From contig QHZB01000212.1 of assembly GCA_003224525.1 (NCBI GenBank), positions 24,173-88,172 of the forward strand: DNA of 64,000 nucleotides, written 5' to 3'. The notes beneath the pieces were generated by a model, which had not been told where the DNA came from, did no database searches, and saw only the letters and a list, made by a program, of their open reading frames with translations. The position numbers and the translations under genes were made by a program. Positions 59,648-64,000 of this stretch are shown in pieces. Every line of letters starts with the position of its first letter. Position 1 is the first letter of the stretch. Origin of the DNA: Acidobacteriota bacterium (GTDB lineage: Bacteria > Acidobacteriota > Terriglobia > Acidiferrales > UBA7541).

Positions 59648-60775
59648 ATGCCGGTACCGATTTCACAGATGTGCACGGTTGCGACGTATGTCCTCAAGCA
59701 AAAGCTGAGGGGGCAAAAGCGCTACCCGTTCGTGCTGATGCTGGAACCGCTGTTCCGCTGCAATTTGGCATGTGCGGGATGCGGCAAAATCCAATATCCC
59801 GCACACATCTTAAAAACGGAATTGAGCCCGGAAGAATGCTTCCAGGCCGTGGAAGAGTGCGGCACGCCGATGGTTTCGATCCCCGGCGGTGAGCCGCTGA
59901 TGCACTCGGAAATCGACAAGATCGTCGAAGGGCTGGTGGCGCGGAAGAAGTACATTTATCTCTGCACCAACGCGCTGCTGTTGAAGGAAAAACTGCATCT
60001 CTTTAAGCCCAGCAAATACCTGACCTTCTCCGTGCACGTGGATGGGCAGAAAGAGCATCACGATTTTTCCGTTTGCCGCGAGGGTGGCTACGATTTGGCC
60101 ATCGAAGGCATCAGGGAAGCGGTGAAGCAGGGCTTCCGCGTCACCACGAACACAACGTTATTCGACGGCGCCGATCCCAAGAGTGTGCGCGCATTTTTCG
60201 ACGAAATGATGGAGCTGGGCGTCGAAGGCATGATGCTCTCCCCCGGCTATTCCTACGACAAGGCACCCGACCAAAAGCATTTCCTCGGGCGGGCTCGCAC
60301 GCGGCGCTTGTTCCGGGCCATTTTGTCGAATCGCAAAGCGAGTTGGCAGTTCAACCAGTCGAAGCTGTTCCTCGAGTTTCTGATGGGCAAGCGAACTTAT
60401 GCTTGCACTCCGTGGGGCATGCCAACCTATAACCTCTTCGGCTGGCAGAAGCCCTGCTATCTGCTGCAGGACGGGTACGTGGATACCTTCCAGGAACTGC
60501 TCGACACCACCGAGTGGCAGAGCTACGGCACGGAATCCGGCAATCCGAAGTGCGCGAACTGCATGGTGCACAGTGGTTACGAAGCTTCGGCAGTGGATCA
60601 TACTTTCAGCGGCCTGCGTGGACTCTGGGCGACTGTAAAGGCAGAGTTGTCCACCAAATACAACGATGCGGATGCGCTGGCGATGCTGCATGAGCCGGTC
60701 AAGCCTGTACACTCTTACAATCCTCTCGTTCAGATCCAATCGGACAAGAACCAGCTTGAGGAGACGCGCGCGTGA
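59648..60775 (+). CDS. hpnH: Adenosyl-hopene transferase (radical SAM)
   Basis: LMLEPLFRCNLACAGCGKI, SIPGGEPL, CTPWGMPT, GWQKPCYLL, CANCMVHSGYE. Confidence 0.95.
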   Translation: MPVPISQMCTVATYVLKQKLRGQKRYPFVLMLEPLFRCNLACAGCGKIQYPAHILKTELSPEECFQAVEECGTPMVSIPGGEPLMHSEIDKIVEGLVARKKYIYLCTNALLLKEKLHLFKPSKYLTFSVHVDGQKEHHDFSVCREGGYDLAIEGIREAVKQGFRVTTNTTLFDGADPKSVRAFFDEMMELGVEGMMLSPGYSYDKAPDQKHFLGRARTRRLFRAILSNRKASWQFNQSKLFLEFLMGKRTYACTPWGMPTYNLFGWQKPCYLLQDGYVDTFQELLDTTEWQSYGTESGNPKCANCMVHSGYEASAVDHTFSGLRGLWATVKAELSTKYNDADALAMLHEPVKPVHSYNPLVQIQSDKNQLEETRA

Positions 60776-61221
60776 CGGGTCCACGTCATGCGGACCGGCC
60801 GAGCCACACGGAAGGATCTCCGCTGAACCCCGACACGCTGGAAGTAGCCCCCGGCACCGTTCATGAAAGCGTGCAAGGGTGGGTGCCCAAGCTGGCGACA
60901 GAAGAAGAATTGCGCATTGCGCTGGAAAAAGCTTTCGACTATCGCGGCGATGTGACACTAACTCTTAAGGATAATTCAAAAATCGAAGGTTATTTGTTCG
61001 ATCGGACTACCGGGTCCTCCCTTACGAACAGTTTTGTAAGAGTTCTGCCGAAAGATTCCAACCAAAAGTTGAAAATTGCTTACGCCGATATAACGGCACT
61101 TGCCTTCACCGGACGGGACACTGCTGCCGGAAAGAGCTGGGAGGCTTGGGTTGGCAAATATTGGGGAAAAAAGACCTCGGGTGGAGGGGATTTAAGCCTG
61201 CAGCCCGAATCCCTCGAATAA
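60772..61221 (+). CDS. Hypothetical protein coupled to hpnH, possible Sm-like fold
   Basis: GTGA overlap with hpnH; AFDYRGDVTLTLKDNSKIEGYLFDR. Confidence 0.72.
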   Translation: MTGPRHADRPSHTEGSPLNPDTLEVAPGTVHESVQGWVPKLATEEELRIALEKAFDYRGDVTLTLKDNSKIEGYLFDRTTGSSLTNSFVRVLPKDSNQKLKIAYADITALAFTGRDTAAGKSWEAWVGKYWGKKTSGGGDLSLQPESLE

Positions 61222-61515
61222 GCGGTTCCTTCCACTGAGGAGCGTCACTTCGGCTATCAAATTCAATGTAACAATATTGTTTTCAATAGCTTAGCTGGAT
61301 GACTAAGACTTCCGTCCCCGTTTCGGGACCGTGGACAGAAAGTTCCTTTTGTGGTATTCTTTATATAGCGTTTGTTGCTCTTGTATTACCTTTTGAATCG
61401 TTGGAGGCTCCGCAAGGAGGTCTTTTGCGGCCCCAGAAAACGGACCAAGAGACGCAACGCAATTCCAATATCGTCAACTCTGGCCCGGTCGGAGTTGCGC
61501 ATGTGAGGCTGGCAA

Positions 61516-61719
61516 GTGAAGGAACAAGGAACAGTAAAGTGGTTTAATGCTTCGAAGGGCTTCGGATTTATCCAGCGCCAGACGGGAGAAGATGTTTTCG
61601 TGCACTTCTCTGCGATCGCGATGGAAGGATACAAGTCTCTCAACGAAGGCCAGGCAGTGGAGTTTGAAGTGAAAAAGGGCCCGAAGGGTCTTCAGGCTGA
61701 GAACGTTACCAGCGTCTAG
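61516..61719 (+). CDS. Cold-shock protein (CspA family)
   Basis: [32 protein letters not shown]. Confidence 0.96.
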   Translation: MKEQGTVKWFNASKGFGFIQRQTGEDVFVHFSAIAMEGYKSLNEGQAVEFEVKKGPKGLQAENVTSV

Positions 61720-61728
61720 TCTCTGACA

Positions 61729-61761
61729 GGAGAGCCCCCCGACAAGTTCTGGGGGTTCTCC
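61729..61761 (+). terminator. Hairpin after the cold-shock gene
   Basis: GGAGAGCCCCC / GGGGGTTCTCC stem. Confidence 0.55.
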
Positions 61762-61812
61762 TCCAAGAGATTCGAATCGAGATTGTCAGCGTGAGCGGTC
61801 AAGGAGGACGTT

Positions 61813-62070
61813 GTGCAAGTGATGCAGGAAGGTCAGACCATCAAGCATGAGATGTACGGCCTGGGAATCGTGACTGCTTCCGACCAGGAACGCACCGCCG
61901 TGGATTTCGACGATCATGGTGCTAAGCTTTTCGTAACGAGCATCATGACGGCCGAATTGATCGGCGAAGCGCCCGCAACTCCGCCGAAGACCAAGCGCCG
62001 CCGCAAGGCCTCCACGGCAGCCAAGGCCGCCAAGAAAGCTGCTGCAGCCACAGCAGCCAGCCGCGCCTAA
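61813..62070 (+). CDS. Small protein resembling the PcrA/UvrD C-terminal Tudor-like domain with a Lys/Ala tail
   Basis: GQTIKHEMYGLGIV..TAVDFDDHGAKLF then KTKRRRKASTAAKAAKKAAAA; AAGGAGG upstream. Confidence 0.7.
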   Translation: MQVMQEGQTIKHEMYGLGIVTASDQERTAVDFDDHGAKLFVTSIMTAELIGEAPATPPKTKRRRKASTAAKAAKKAAAATAASRA

Positions 62071-62174
62071 GTTTCTATAAACCGGAACAAGACACCTCTG
62101 CGCCAAATCCGGTGTAGGGGTGCGTCTGCGTGTATTTCTTAAGAAGCCGTGACGATAAGGAAAGGTTGTGAAGG

Positions 62175-62402
62175 ATGAGGCGCTTGGTCATCGTTGTCGG
62201 AGTCATCCTCCTGGTTCTCGGTGTGATTGGACTCGTCCACCCGAATTTCAACTATCACCAGCAAGAAGAAGTGGCGAAACTCGGCCCCATCAAAGCTACC
62301 GTGGACGAAGAGAAAACCGCGCAAATCCCGGCAGCGGTCTCCATAACTCTGCTACTGGCCGGCATAGGGCTTGTTGTACTCGGGCCGCGCATGAAGCCGT
62401 AG
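62175..62402 (+). CDS. Small two-TM membrane protein (DUF3185-like)
   Basis: VGVILLVLGVIGL..LGPIKATV..IPAAVSITLLLAGIGLVV. Confidence 0.7.
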   Translation: MRRLVIVVGVILLVLGVIGLVHPNFNYHQQEEVAKLGPIKATVDEEKTAQIPAAVSITLLLAGIGLVVLGPRMKP

Positions 62403-62547
62403 CTTTTGCCATCGACGCTCTCGATTAGCACTCCATTCGGTCCCTGCCGGGCCAAAGTAATTCAAGAGACGCGAACACCCTCTGCTCTGCTTCTCACGCA
62501 AGAATCTCAAGAATCTGAACATAGAGCCACCCGCAATATTGCTGGTG

Positions 62548-63468
62548 CTACTTGACTGCGGATTCCGCCTGGTCGAAGGCGTGGTAAGAGGAACGGACCA
62601 GCGGGCCGGCTTCGACGTGCTTGAAGCCCATGGCTTCGCCGAGCATTTTGTATTCGGCGAATTCGTCAGGATGAACGTAGCGAACGATGGGCAGATGATC
62701 GCGAGTGGGCTGCAGATACTGTCCGAGCGTGAGGATGTTCGTACCCTGGGCGGCGAGGTCCTGCATGCTAGCGAGGACTTCGTCCTTTTCTTCTCCGAGG
62801 CCGAGCATCAGACCAGTTTTGGTCGGCACTTCCGGATGCGCTTCCTTGGAACGGCGCAGCAGTTCGAGCGAGCGCTCATACACCGCGCCCTTGCGGACCT
62901 GCCGGTAGAGGCGCGGCACGGTTTCGGTGTTGTGATTGAGAATATCCGGGCGCACGGCAAGAACGACGTCCAGCGCGTTCCAATCGCCGCGAAAATCAGG
63001 AATCAGCACTTCGACTTTGCAGCCTGGAACGCGGCGGCGAATCTCTTCGATGGTGCGCGCAAAGATGTGCGCGCCGCCGTCGGGCTGGTCGTCGCGGTTC
63101 ACGGAAGTCACCACCGCGTATCGCAATCCCATCTTTGCCACGGCTTCCGCCACGCGAAACGGTTCTTCTGCATCCGGCGGGCCAACGGGCTTGCCCGAAG
63201 AGACGGCACAGAACCCGCAAGCGCGTGTGCAGATGTCCCCCAATATCATAAACGTCGCGGTGCCATGCTCCCAGCACTCACCCATGTTGGGGCAGCGCGC
63301 GCTCTCGCAGACCGTGTGCAAATCGAGCGTGCGCATGATGCGCTTCACATCTTGGTAGCGCTGGCCACCGAAAAATTTGACGCGCAGCCAATCCGGCCGC
63401 GGATGCACGCCCGGCGAGGGCACCGGTATCGCCGGCAAATTGGAGATGATGTTGAACGGTGTGGCCAT
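62548..63468 (-). CDS. lipA: Lipoyl synthase
   Basis: [50 protein letters not shown]. Confidence 0.97.
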   Translation of the reverse strand: MATPFNIISNLPAIPVPSPGVHPRPDWLRVKFFGGQRYQDVKRIMRTLDLHTVCESARCPNMGECWEHGTATFMILGDICTRACGFCAVSSGKPVGPPDAEEPFRVAEAVAKMGLRYAVVTSVNRDDQPDGGAHIFARTIEEIRRRVPGCKVEVLIPDFRGDWNALDVVLAVRPDILNHNTETVPRLYRQVRKGAVYERSLELLRRSKEAHPEVPTKTGLMLGLGEEKDEVLASMQDLAAQGTNILTLGQYLQPTRDHLPIVRYVHPDEFAEYKMLGEAMGFKHVEAGPLVRSSYHAFDQAESAVK

Positions 63469-63600
63469 TAGGCTCGCTTGAACTCCCTATTTTACGCCCG
63501 TCCGGGACGTCTTACAAATTGTCTGGCGAAACCGCTTGGGAGCCCAAGACCTGCCCAAGACCTCCTTCCTGTCGTATACTCATGCCGCGCGAGAAGTATT

Positions 63601-64000
63601 ATGAAGCTCTCTATCGCCGCCCTCTTACCCTTCTTCCTTGCAAACATCGCCTTTGCGCAGAAGCCTTCGCCTAACCCTCCCCTAGCAAGGCCTAAATCTG
63701 ACGAATGCGCAATTTTGGGAATGGTAGTAAAACTTGCTGGAAGTGAGCCGGTGAAAACCGCGACAGTGCAGCTTCAGAGCCTGCAGGATCTTCGACACAC
63801 TGTCTCAGTGGTTACAGACGTGGGTGGCCGGTTCGAATTGAAGGGCATTGACCCGGGGCGTTACCGGCTGAAGGTAAGCCGCACCGGTTTTGTGACAGAG
63901 GAGTATGGCCAGAAAACGCCAAATGATCCCGGAGCCGAGATTCGTCTCGCCCCAGGACAAGTCCTGCGCGATCTTTTGTTTCGATTGATACCGTGGGGCA
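63601..64000 (+). CDS. Secreted carboxypeptidase-regulatory-like domain protein (partial)
   Basis: Read by hand: MKLSIAALLPFFLANIAFA-Q..VTDVGGRFELKGIDPGRYRLKVSRTGFV..YGQ; open to the window edge. Confidence 0.8.
   Translation, partial: MKLSIAALLPFFLANIAFAQKPSPNPPLARPKSDECAILGMVVKLAGSEPVKTATVQLQSLQDLRHTVSVVTDVGGRFELKGIDPGRYRLKVSRTGFVTEEYGQKTPNDPGAEIRLAPGQVLRDLLFRLIPWG

Overview
GC-rich, mostly housekeeping bacterial DNA. Gene style and repeats suggest Acidobacteriota (inference). Left to right: a biotin-dependent acyl-CoA carboxylase set split by an S9 peptidase; an hslVU operon with an FN3 lipoprotein; a four-gene type IV minor pilin operon (FimT/PilV/PilW/PilX-like) behind a sigma54-like promoter; purEK, folC, accD, cobO; a decaying accessory stretch (about 24-34.5 kb) with three frameshifted genes and broken receiver domains; a NitT/TauT-type ABC pair; a Pho region (phoB-phoR-phoU2, porin, pstSCAB-phoU) with four 11-bp-periodic Pho-box-like sites; sucA, an acyl-CoA ligase/ACP/acyltransferase fusion, hpnH, a cold-shock gene and lipA. 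I found no CRISPR array, rRNA, tRNA or intact transposase/integrase. The most unusual structure is downstream of phoU: its 3' end is duplicated 1150 bp away, and each copy precedes a secreted-protein gene, the two genes sharing a near-identical translation-start segment. Other hidden signals: a heptamer-repeat palindrome spanning a lipoprotein signal peptide, a metallo-beta-lactamase-fold protein lacking most metal ligands, a ParE toxin-antitoxin relic, a TolC tail relic, a hairpin-dense ncRNA candidate and a stand-alone PcrA/UvrD Tudor-like protein. All family assignments are from motif recognition, not database searches.
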